A DNA stretch of 33,818 nt from Octopus bimaculoides. Its lineage: Eukaryota. The stretch covers positions 143,430,359-143,464,176 of the forward strand of contig NC_068982.1 in assembly GCF_001194135.2 (NCBI RefSeq), given 5' to 3'. The position numbers were made by a program, and so were the translations under genes. Of the stretch, positions 12,296 through 22,130 are shown one piece after another (within the stretch, counting starts at the first letter, position 1; the number at the start of each line of letters is the position of its first letter). Below the pieces are notes generated by a model. That model made no database searches, was not told the origin of the DNA, and worked only from the letters and a program-made list of their open reading frames with translations.

Positions 12296-12368
12296 ATTAG
12301 CGCTTGCATCTATTCTTGTAGATTCTCCAGATTCTGGAGAATCTACAAGAATAGATGCAAGCGCTAAT
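12296..12368. repeat. Perfect palindrome with 36-bp arms and 1-nt centre
   Basis: ATTAGCGCTTGCATCTATTCTTGTAGATTCTCCAGA-T-TCTGGAGAATCTACAAGAATAGATGCAAGCGCTAAT. Confidence 0.95.
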
Positions 12369-13110
12369 ATCTGAGTACCTTATTTTTTCTAATATATATA
12401 TNNNNNNNNNNNNNNNNNNNNNNNNNNNNNNNNNNNNNNNNNNNNNNNNNNNNNNNNNNNNNNNNNNNNNNNNNNNNNNNNNNNNNNNNNNNNNNNNNNN
12501 NNNNNNNNNNNNNNNNNNNNNNNNNNNNNNNNNNNNNNNNNNNNNNNNNNNNNNNNNNNNNNNNNNNNNNNNNNNNNNNNNNNNNNNNNNNNNNNNNNNN
12601 NNNNNNNNNNNNNNNNNNNNNNNNNNNNNNNNNNNNNNNNNNNNNNNNNNNNNNNNNNNNNNNNNNNNNNNNNNNNNNNNNNNNNNNNNNNNNNNNNNNN
12701 NNNNNNNNNNNNNNNNNNNNNNNNNNNNNNNNNNNNNNNNNNNNNNNNNNNNNNNNNNNNNNNNNNNNNNNNNNNNNNNNNNNNNNNNNNNNNNNNNNNN
12801 NNNNNNNNNNNNNNNNNNNNNNNNNNNNNNNNNNNNNNNNNNNNNNNNNNNNNNNNNNNNNNNNNNNNNNNNNNNNNNNNNNNNNNNNNNNNNNNNNNNN
12901 NNNNNNNNNNNNNNNNNNNNNNNNNNNNNNNNNNNNNNNNNNNNNNNNNNNNNNNNNNNNNNNNNNNNNNNNNNNNNNNNNNNNNNNNNNNNNNNNNNNN
13001 NNNNNNNNNNNNNNNNNNNNNNNNNNNNNNNNNNNNNNNNNNNNNNNNNNNNNNNNNNNNNNNNNNNNNNNNNNNNNNNNNNNNNNNNNNNNNNTATATA
13101 TATATCCGTC

Positions 13111-13145
<35 letters not shown>

Positions 13146-13427
13146 CTTTAACGTTACATCTCACACTGATATTTTTTATGTAGCCCCCAAGTTCACCCAT
13201 CTGTTAAAACGGCATTGCATATTCCAAATACATTCGATGAAACCAAAACACCATATGACTGGTACAAACTTTATCAATCCTGGTAGAATTTAGACTATAT
13301 AAAACATACGGCATACATTTCAACAACGTCCGTTCCTGCTTGACCCGTGAATATGATTAATAACAAACCGAGGTACTTAGTTTGCCTACATGATTAATAG
13401 GGGAAAAAGGTATATATTATATCCTTA

Positions 13428-13449
13428 CTACTACTACTATTCATGCCAT

Positions 13450-13481
<32 letters not shown>

Positions 13482-13482
13482 T

Positions 13483-13562
<80 letters not shown>

Positions 13563-13570
13563 TTATTATT
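13428..13570 (+). repeat. Compound (TAC)n-(TAT)n microsatellite
   Basis: Direct reading. Confidence 0.95.
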
Positions 13571-14363
13571 TCAGCGTATATANNNNNNNNNNNNNNNNNN
13601 NNNNNNNNNNNNNNNNNNNNNNNNNNNNNNNNNNNNNNNNNNNNNNNNNNNNNNNNNNNNNNNNNNNNNNNNNNNNNNNNNNNNNNNNNNNNNNNNNNNN
13701 NNNNNNNNNNNNNNNNNNNNNNNNNNNNNNNNNNNNNNNNNNNNNNNNNNNNNNNNNNNNNNNNNNNNNNNNNNNNNNNNNNNNNNNNNNNNNNNNNNNN
13801 NNNNNNNNNNNNNNNNNNNNNNNNNNNNNNNNNNNNNNNNNNNNNNNNNNNNNNNNNNNNNNNNNNNNNNNNNNNNNNNNNNNNNNNNNNNNNNNNNNNN
13901 NNNNNNNNNNNNNNNNNNNNNNNNNNNNNNNNNNNNNNNNNNNNNNNNNNNNNNNNNNNNNNNNNNNNNNNNNNNNNNNNNNNNNNNNNNNNNNNNNNNN
14001 NNNNNNNNNNNNNNNNNNNNNNNNNNNNNNNNNNNNNNNNNNNNNNNNNNNNNNNNNNNNNNNNNNNNNNNNNNNNNNNNNNNNNNNNNNNNNNNNNNNN
14101 NNNNNNNNNNNNNNNNNNNNNNNNNNNNNNNNNNNNNNNNNNNNNNNNNNNNNNNNNNNNNNNNNNNNNNNNNNNNNNNNNNNNNNNNNNNNNNNNNNNN
14201 NNNNNNNNNNNNNNNNNNNNNNNNNNNNNNNNNNNNNNNNNNNNNNNNNNNNNNNNNNNNNNNNNNNNNNNNNNNNNNNNNNNNNNNNNNNNNNNNNNNN
14301 NNNNNNNNNNNNNNNNNNNNNNNNNNNNNNNNNNNNNNNNNNNNNNNNNNNNNNNNNNNNNNN

Positions 14364-14402
<39 letters not shown>

Positions 14403-15210
14403 CATATATATATATATGTATATACGAGGAGAGAGAGTGCCGGTCACATATAGATATATACATTTGTTTCTCAGTGTGTCTACACAAACATACACACATT
14501 CACATACATATGTTTATATGTGTGTGTGTGTATGTACACGCGTACGTGCGTGTGTGTTTGTCTGTATGATATAAAGGCCCTGCTCTCGATTGCAGAAAAT
14601 TAGTCTTCATAGAACTATGGAAACCTAAATGCAGGTACACATTTATATTTTGTTAACATACACGCGGAATTAACATAATTTATCCAAAATAATTATTTCA
14701 TATATGATAATTATTTAATTTAAAATTGCTCCGGACATTAATTAAAGGTTCACATGACTGTTATACTCAGCAGGAGAGAAAAGAAAGACGGGACTTAGAA
14801 ATCTCTTCTCAGCAGGAGTTTGTGCTCATGGATATTTTTGTAGGAAATGACGGGTTTTCAATAAAGCTATGGAAGGAAATGAACCGAACTCATCGAGAAC
14901 TTGCGATTGCCGGAGAAGTTGTATATTGTATAACTATGAATGAAGATTAATTTCAAAGTGAACGACTTCTTTACTTGCTTCACTCATTAGATTGCGGCCA
15001 TATTTTTTGTTTGTTTTTGTTGTTGTTGTTTTAAGATGTCTTTTTAAGCCTGGTACTTATTCTATCGACCTCTTTTGCCGAACTGCTAATTCCCAGGACA
15101 GAAACAAACGAAAACTGGTGCGACACAGCCGCACTCACACACACACGCACGCACACATACACATACACACACACTCACACACACATACACACATATATAT
15201 ATATATATAT

Positions 15211-15373
15211 AGGTGCAAGAATGGCTGTGTGGTAGGAAGATTGTTTCCTAAGCACATAGTTCCGAGTTCAGTCCCATTGCTTGGCACCTTGGGCAAGTGC
15301 CTTCTACTATAGCCTTGGGCCGACCAAATCCTTGCGAGTGGATTTGATAGACGGAAACTGAAAGATGCTCGTC

Positions 15374-15405
<32 letters not shown>

Positions 15406-15570
15406 TTGTCCTCCACCAGCGCTTGACAACTGATGCTGGTGTGTTTATGTCCCCGTATTCTAGCGGTTCGGCAGGAGAGTCCGATAGAATATGTACTGGA
15501 CTTACAAATAATAAGTCCTGGAGTTAATTTATTCGACTAAAGACGAAATGACTGAAAGAAGTAAAAGAAT
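15211..15570 (+). mobile_element. Near full-length tRNA-derived SINE, family C, with internal (TG)n
   Basis: A-box-like TGGCTGTGTGG, B-box-like GAGTTCAGTCCC, core GGCACCTTGGGCAAGTG, internal (TG)n; 3' part matches 11350-11560. Confidence 0.85.
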
Positions 15571-15611
15571 AAAAAATAAGATTATATATATATATATATA
15601 TATATATATAC

Positions 15612-15740
15612 GCAACAGGCTTCTTTTAGTTTCCGTCTACCAAATTCCTTCACAAGTCTTTGGTCTTCCCGAGGCTATAGTAGAAGACACTTGGCCAAGG
15701 TCCCACGCAGTTGGACTGAACCCGGAACCATGTGATTAGG
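15612..15740 (-). mobile_element. SINE family C 5' half, inverted relative to 15211, truncated by a gap
   Basis: Reverse complement of the 15255-15375 segment (gtttccgtctaccaaatt...ggctatagtagaagacacttg...ggactgaacccggaacc). Confidence 0.8.
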
Positions 15741-16013
15741 NNNNNNNNNNNNNNNNNNNNNNNNNNNNNNNNNNNNNNNNNNNNNNNNNNNNNNNNNNNN
15801 NNNNNNNNNNNNNNNNNNNNNNNNNNNNNNNNNNNNNNNNNNNNNNNNNNNNNNNNNNNNNNNNNNNNNNNNNNNNNNNNNNNNNNNNNNNNNNNNNNNN
15901 NNNNNNNNNNNNNNNNNNNNNNNNNNNNNNNNNNNNNNNNNNNNNNNNNNNNNNNNNNNNNNNNNNNNNNNNNNNNNNNNNNNNNNNNNNNNNNNNNNNN
16001 NNNNNNNNNNNNN

Positions 16014-16047
<34 letters not shown>

Positions 16048-16547
16048 CAGTGTGCGTGTGTGCGTGTGTGCGTGTGTGCGTGTGTGCGTGTGTGTGTCTG
16101 TGTCTGTGCGTCTGTATGTGTGTGTATGTTGTCAGTGTGTCTGTGTCTCTACGTGTGTGTGTGTCTCTGTGTCTGTGTTTGCATATGTGTGTTTGTGTTC
16201 TTGTGTGTGTATTTTACTGCCAGGTGAATACTTATCGAAAGCTATTTCTTTAATCCTATAAAATGACATTGCAGAGAGACGATTTCTTTTTTTATCAAAA
16301 TCCCTTAAAGCTTCACCTAAAAGCCTGCAGCATGTCACAGATCCCTATAACCGGTTTAGGAGAAAAGGAGTGTAATATAGTTTTAACAGGGAACCATGAT
16401 CACAGGGATTGGTTCATCTTGAGCTAATCTTTTTTCCTTATTTTTATAGAATTCTGTTTAAAATTGTGTTTCCCTCCCTAAAACTGTAAGATGGAGGGGG
16501 GAATTGTTGCTATTGTTGGTGTAGTTGTTGCTTATATTGATTATTAA

Positions 16548-16779
16548 GGCGGCGAGCTGGTAGAATCGTTAGCCCGCTGGGTGAAATGCTTAGCGGTATT
16601 TCGTCTGCCGTTATGTTCTGAGTTCAAATTCCGCTGAGGTCGACTTTGCCTTTCATCCTTTCGGAGTCGATTAAATAAGTACGGATTATGCACTGAGGTC
16701 GATGTAGTCGAATTAATTCCTTAGTCTGTCCTTGTTTGTCTCCTCTATGTTTAGCTCCTTGTGGGCAATAAAGAAATAA
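16548..16779 (+). mobile_element. SINE family A, variant 3' tail
   Basis: Family A head and body; perfect 14-bp TSD ATATTGATTATTAA at 16534-16547 and 16780-16793; tail (gtccttgtttgtc...gtgggcaataaagaaata) differs from the other copies. Confidence 0.88.
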
Positions 16780-16819
16780 ATATTGATTATTAAATCTCGT
16801 CTGTCTTTACGTTCTGAGT

Positions 16820-17079
16820 TTGTCCTCATCTTGTTTGTTGTTAACACAACGTTTCAGCTGATATACCCTCCAGCCTTCATCAGGTGTCTTGGGAAAATTT
16901 CGAACCTGGGTTCTCATTCCTAAAGTATTTTTGGATGTTATTATTATAATAATTATAATTCGATGTTATTATTACATATTATTATAATTATATATCATAA
17001 TTATTATATGGGATCGAGCTCGGAATCTTGAGGTTAGCAGCCCGCGCTCTTAACCACTACGCCAAATGCCCGTAGGCAT
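16820..17079 (-). mobile_element. tRNA-headed SINE-like element carrying a hammerhead motif near its 3' end
   Basis: Minus-strand head GGCATTTGGCGTAGTGGTTAAGAGCGCGGGCTGCTAACCTCAAGATTCCGAGCTCGATCCC (A box TGGCGTAGTGG, B-box variant), AT-rich linker, then the hammerhead motif at 16888-16843. Confidence 0.7.
16843..16888 (-). ncRNA. Minimal type-I hammerhead ribozyme motif
   Basis: GACAC-CUGAUGA-A-GGCUG-GAGGGUAUAU-CAGCU-GAAAC-GUU^GUGUU: stem I GACAC/GUGUU, intact CUGAUGA and GAAA core, 5-bp stem II, palindromic ACGU stem III, GUH cleavage triplet. Confidence 0.7.
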
Positions 17080-17201
17080 ATAACATCGAAAAATGATGTA
17101 CATAATTCTCATCTCTTAAATATAGAACTGCATTGCTGTTGATGTTGTTGTTGTTGTTGCTGTTGTTTAATATGGTTCTTTCTTCTACCTTTGTCTTTCA
17201 G

Positions 17202-17437
17202 GTGAAATGGAACGTCTCCAGAAATTCTGGTTAGCAGGAGCCTGTAAGAAGCGGGACCAAACTGGTGAATCTAGCAACTCTCTGGGAATTCTCAACTTTA
17301 CGTCTGCTTTCATTTTATTGGCTTGCGGTATGGCACTGGGCAGCATTCTATTGGTAGTTGAACATTTCTATTTCCGATTTGGACGGAAAACTTTACAGAA
17401 ATGGGATAAATGCGGTTGCTGCGGATTAGTGAGCTTG
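17202..17437 (+). CDS. Nmdar2: NMDA receptor GluN2/NR2-like subunit, exon encoding end of S2 lobe, M4 helix and start of cytoplasmic tail
   Basis: Pyrimidine tract and ttcag acceptor (AG 17200-17201), donor TTG|gtaagt at 17438. Translation (G)EMERLQKFWLAGACKKRDQTGESSNSLGILNFTSAFILLACGMALGSILLVVEHFYFRFGRKTLQKWDKCGCCGLVSL has the iGluR S2-terminal 'L..FWL.G.C' helix, a hydrophobic M4 and the GluN2-type 'EH.YF' post-M4 motif. Phase 1 in, phase 0 out. Confidence 0.9.
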
Positions 17438-17497
17438 GTAAGTAGATTATGTCATATATTACATTAGAGTAGGCTATGTTATATTGTATCACATATA

Positions 17498-17696
17498 AGG
17501 TGGCCAGCTGGCAAAATCGTGAGCACGCCGAGCGAAATGCTTAGCGGTATTTCGTCTGTGTTCAAATTTCGGCGAGGTCAGTTTTGCCTTTCATCCTTTC
17601 AGGGTCGATAAATTAAGTACCAGTTGCGTACTGGGTCGATGTAATCGACTGGTCCCCTCCCCCAAAATGGCTGCCCTTGTGGCGAAATTTGAAACC
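17498..17696 (+). mobile_element. SINE family A, 60 nt downstream of the M4 exon donor
   Basis: Family A body; imperfect TSD GTTATATT(G/A)TATCA at 17478-17491 and 17697-17710. Confidence 0.82.
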
Positions 17697-17869
17697 GTTA
17701 TATTATATCATGTTATCTTTTTTTTTTTCTTTCACTCGTTTCAATCATTGAACTGCGGCCGTGGTGGAATACCGCTTTGTTCAATCGATTAAATCGAACC
17801 CAGTGCGCGTGTATGTGTGTGTGTGTGTGTGTGTGTAACATGGATATATTACATACCTGTGTTACATAG

Positions 17870-18300
17870 ATTTTGTTCTCTTCGAGCGCCTTCTACTTGG
17901 AATCTCGACAGATGCTCACCGCTCTCGTCGGACGTGGTCGGCCGGTAGAAATCCCCCCTTTGCAATATACAGAGGAGCAGCGATGGGTAAGGGCTGGGAG
18001 GTCTTTCAAGCCGGTGACTTCTTTGGACAACTTCCAGAAATTCCTGACCTGGCAGCGCCACTCAGAAGACACTCGAGATGAACTCTGTAGATATGAGACT
18101 GTTCGAAATGCAAGCAAAGCAACAAAACCGAACTATACTCATACAGTATCCAAACATTACTGACTTGTAGAGCAATGTCGAACAGCTGTTGTCCCCGGCG
18201 GGATTTGAACTGTTGTACTTTGGGGAGGAATCTGAAAGCATTTATTTGCGAATCCAACTCTTTCACTATAGTCATACTTGAGCTCAAATGAGAGCCAAAT
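17870..18300 (+). mobile_element. Degraded LINE ORF2 C-terminal fragment (L1/Tx1-like, zf-RVT region), tentative
   Basis: Higher-GC island; with frameshifts reads ..LESRQMLTAL..DNFQKFLTWQ..RDELCRY..TILIQYPNITDL*SNVEQLLS. Resembles the post-RT region of Tx1-like elements from memory only; no search run. Confidence 0.4.
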
Positions 18301-18969
18301 GGCTACTGTCCTTAGCACAACCATCACTGCATGCACTCCTCCCCTCATCCTTCTGGAATTATTTTTTTTTTAAATACCAGTTATATAACGCAGTTGATTC
18401 AATCGACATTACTGTGCAATACAAAAAAATGCCATCACCTAATTTCTTAGCACGAAACCAATAATTAAATTTCCAAATTTCATTACACAGAAAATAATTT
18501 CGTTTTTAAACTTTAACATTTCAATTTGGTGAATTATTGAAATACTCGTGTGTGCGGGGGGGGAGAGGTCTGTGTATGTATTTAAAATACATTAAATGCT
18601 TTAATATGTTTACCTTCCTTAGTATGTATACAGACTCGTATGTGCATTTCTGTCTCTCATTCCCATCTTTGTCCTCCTATCAAAATGTGATTGCCTGAAT
18701 GTATCTGTGTACAGGTATGTATAAGTATGTGTTTGAGTGTCTGGTTGTAAGTTTAGGACGGTATACATTTATGTATGCCTATGCGTTTCTACGTATTTCT
18801 TAAGTCTTTGTATTTATCAGCGTGTATCTGTTTATGCGAGACCGTGTGAGCGTCTCTTACTCGTTGTCATACCATGTCTCAGATTAGAATAAGTGAACTT
18901 ATCTACGAACATATTTACATGTGTATTTGTCCACGATCTTCTGCTTCTCTCTTTTGTGCACGTTATATT

Positions 18970-19008
<39 letters not shown>

Positions 19009-19035
19009 GCCATGTTGGACCGCTGATAACTAACA

Positions 19036-19036
19036 G

Positions 19037-19106
<70 letters not shown>
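19036..19106 (+). repeat. (CT)n microsatellite
   Basis: Direct reading. Confidence 0.95.
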
Positions 19107-19110
<4 letters not shown>

Positions 19111-19124
19111 ACTTCCTTCTATTC

Positions 19125-19162
19125 CTTTCTGCTGAAGAGTGTAGGCTCGAAACGTAAAAGAC
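19125..19162 (+). ncRNA. Hammerhead-core-like motif with weak stems
   Basis: CUGAAGA (19132-19138)-GUG-UAGG-CUC-GAAAC-GUA-AAAGAC: core nucleotides and palindromic ACGU are present, but stems I and II pair poorly. Confidence 0.35.
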
Positions 19163-19551
19163 TTTTTCATTTTCCCGAGCATCAAACTAATACACCTGCC
19201 TTCGTCTTTTGCTTTTCTATAAGTTTCAACTATGTGTGTGTGTGTGTTTGTGCGTGCGTGCGTGTGTGTATGTATGTATGGGGGCGCGAAAAATATAAAA
19301 GGCCAGTCTGTGTGTGGCGGGTGGGGTTTTACCCTGTATTTTCGCTAGGAGTTCATCCAATGATTTCTTGAATGTTTTGATAAAAGTCGTTTTTAGGTTA
19401 TGATTTCTTTAGGTAGGCACTTGAAAACTTGAGGGCCACTAAATATCAAATCGGTGCAGTATAGTATCCTAAGTCATTAATTTGAAAGCGGTATATACTG
19501 TAGCTACTCATGTACATTCATTAATTTGCATAAGTCAATATGAGTGACATT

Positions 19552-19765
19552 AAGGCAGCGAGCTGGCAGAAACGTTAGCACGCCGGGCGAAATGCTTAGC
19601 GGTATCTCGTCTGTCTTTACGTTCTGCGTTCTAATTCTGCCGTGGTCGACTTTGCCTTTCATTCTTTCGGGATCGATAAATTAAGTACTAGTTGCGTGCT
19701 GGGGTCGATCTAATCGACTGGCCCCCTTCTCCAAAATTCCGGGTTTTGTCCTTAGAGTAGAAAGG
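19552..19765 (+). mobile_element. SINE family A, full length
   Basis: Closely matches the reverse complement of 109-315; TSD AATATGA(GT/AC)GACATT at 19537-19551 and 19766-19780. Confidence 0.88.
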
Positions 19766-19835
19766 AATATGAACGACATTTGTAGGTCCACGTATAATTA
19801 TATGCACAGGTACACACACGCGCATCAAAGGAATG

Positions 19836-20179
19836 TACCGTATTTGATGCCCCTCCCCCTCAGATGCACATTTCTTACCCAAAACCGGCTTTAAAAATCC
19901 CCGTTCTTCCAATGCACTCAATGTAGGCTCAAAACTCGCTCAAAATGATATTTATGTTTACAAAACGTGTGCTGCCATCTATTGGTGAACAATTGCTCAC
20001 GGTTTATATCGAATGTGGATGCAATAAACTGCTTATAATTACCGGTAATAACATAAAGTTATACAGGTAAGTGGAGGAATTACAACATTATTTTAGTGCT
20101 AATTTATTTTAGAAAAGTATAGCCTAGGCTAGGGTGCGTCCTATGCATTCGAGCGTCTTATAGGCCATCAGATATGATA
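19836..20179. mobile_element. TA-flanked pogo/Tigger-like MITE with degenerate TIRs
   Basis: Left end TACCGTATTTGATGCC; right end GGGTGCGTCCTAT...GCGTCTTATAGGCCATCAGATATGATA, an imperfect inverse. Confidence 0.5.
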
Positions 20180-20471
20180 TATACCGGTTTACTACACAAA
20201 CGTGAGTCTCTTTCCTTATTTTTCATGCGAATATGTGAACACCATATGTAGAGCTGGTTGCGTGCATATGACTACTCCAAGAATCTAAATTGGAGAATCT
20301 ATAAAACATTCTACAAACCTTCGTTCATTGTACCATAAATCGATTGAGTTAAGAATATATGGGACAATATGCTTTGGTATGTGTGTGGATGTATCTGCTT
20401 TTTGTATGCTTGTGTTTACCTACACATATACGTACGATTATATGCGCGTATGCATAAGCATATATATGTTG

Positions 20472-20542
<71 letters not shown>

Positions 20543-21294
20543 GTATCCGTACCTGATTTGAATTTTAAAATGTTATGTATGCACATATGTATATACGTAT
20601 GCAAATGACTATATATGTGTGTGTTTGTATATATGTGTGTGTGTATGTATGAATATATATATACATATATATGTACATATACATGCATGTATGTATACAT
20701 ATATACATATATATGTACATATACATGCATGTATGTATACATACCATGTTGTTATACGTATATACCTAGGTATGCGTATGTATGTATATATGTATATACT
20801 ATGTGTATGCTTGTATGCACGAATGTATGTATATATATATATATATATATATTGTCACGTGTATGTACGTACGTGTTGATAAATGTATGTACGTATTATA
20901 AGACATACACGTACATGCACGTACATGTGAACTTATGAATGTATATACGTGTGTATGTGTGAGTGTGTGTGTATGCATGTATATATATGTTACTGTTTCT
21001 GTATGTATGTATGTATGTATGCACGCGTTTATGAATGTCCATAAATATACATGCATGCATATATATACATATGAGTTAATATATTAAGTGCATGTGTGTT
21101 TGTATGAATTCATTATAATTCAATATCAAATATTGTAATTGTTTATGTTGGAGATGTTTCAAAATATTTTCAGATGTCATGCACCTTCATGAATTATTAA
21201 TCACAAATTCTCATAAAGCAATTTCTGATTTATTCTCTAATAATAATAATAATAATAATAACAAACACGATAATAATAATAAAAATAATGATAC

Positions 21295-21332
<38 letters not shown>

Positions 21333-21351
21333 TAATGATCAATAATGATAA

Positions 21352-21583
21352 AAATATCCCTGTTGTCATCGGAGCATCGGGTTCAATACCACCCAATCTG
21401 AAAGAAACATCTGTAAACCTTAGAAATGCCCTACAATCTGGATGTATTGCAAAAGTCAGCACGCATATTGCGTAAAGTAGTGTCTGTCTGAGGTCCTTGT
21501 TGTGACTTGACAGACAGTACAGAACCCTGGTTGAGACAATATCTTCAATCAACAACCACGATATTGTATACTATGCGACGTCT
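21352..21583 (+). mobile_element. Short 3' fragment of an RLE-type LINE flanked by TAA-rich repeats
   Basis: Encodes NIPVVIGASGSIPPNL...; preceded by a TAA-rich tract (21237-21350) and followed by about four TAA units. Confidence 0.6.
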
Positions 21584-21595
21584 ATAATAATAATA

Positions 21596-21648
<53 letters not shown>

Positions 21649-21649
21649 G

Positions 21650-22072
21650 GCGGAGTCGGAGACTAGCAAAATCCTCACTGATTTCCCATTCCAAACAGAC
21701 CGGAGCTAGTGGTGGTGAACAATGTGCACCACATACGCTCTATACTTGATGTTGCATGCCCCTTTGACCCACAGTCAAGAAGGAAGACGAAAAGATAGAT
21801 AGATACAACCCTCTTAAGTAGGAAGTAGCCCGGTTATGGAAAATGAAGAAGGTGAAGATAGTGCCAATTATTGTTGGGTCCTTGGGAATAGTGATAGAAG
21901 GCATCAAGAGGAATATAAAAGAAATTAGAATAGAGTACCCACTAGAACTGTTTAAAATGGTTTGCCTCCTGGGCACGGCCAGAATAATCAGGAAAGTATT
22001 AGAAAGCTAAAAAGAACGAATAGCATGGTACCATAGGCTGCAGGTAGTAAGCCCACTACACATGCAAAGAGA

Positions 22073-22129
<57 letters not shown>
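21650..22129 (+). mobile_element. 3' fragment of an R4/Dong-like RLE LINE with (TAA)n tail
   Basis: Translation with lesions: LDVACPFD..KKEDEKIDRYNPLK*EVARLWKMKKVKIVPIIVGSLG...CLLGTARIIRKVLES* (stop 22008-22010), short 3' UTR, (TAA)n at 22073-22129. Confidence 0.8.

Positions 22130-22130
<1 letters not shown>

Noticed and set aside
14726-14950. 74-aa ORF with an 11-bp direct repeat CTCAGCAGGAG
   Set aside because: No recognisable domain, no iGluR similarity, no convincing splice signals.
17912-17986. Possible phase 0-0 cassette exon (gacag|ATG...TGG|gtaagg)
   Set aside because: Weak pyrimidine tract, and it lies inside a larger segment better explained as a decayed LINE fragment; junction reads would be needed.
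20661-20744. 42-bp tandem duplication
   Set aside because: Lies within degenerate AT/AC low-complexity sequence; ordinary slippage.
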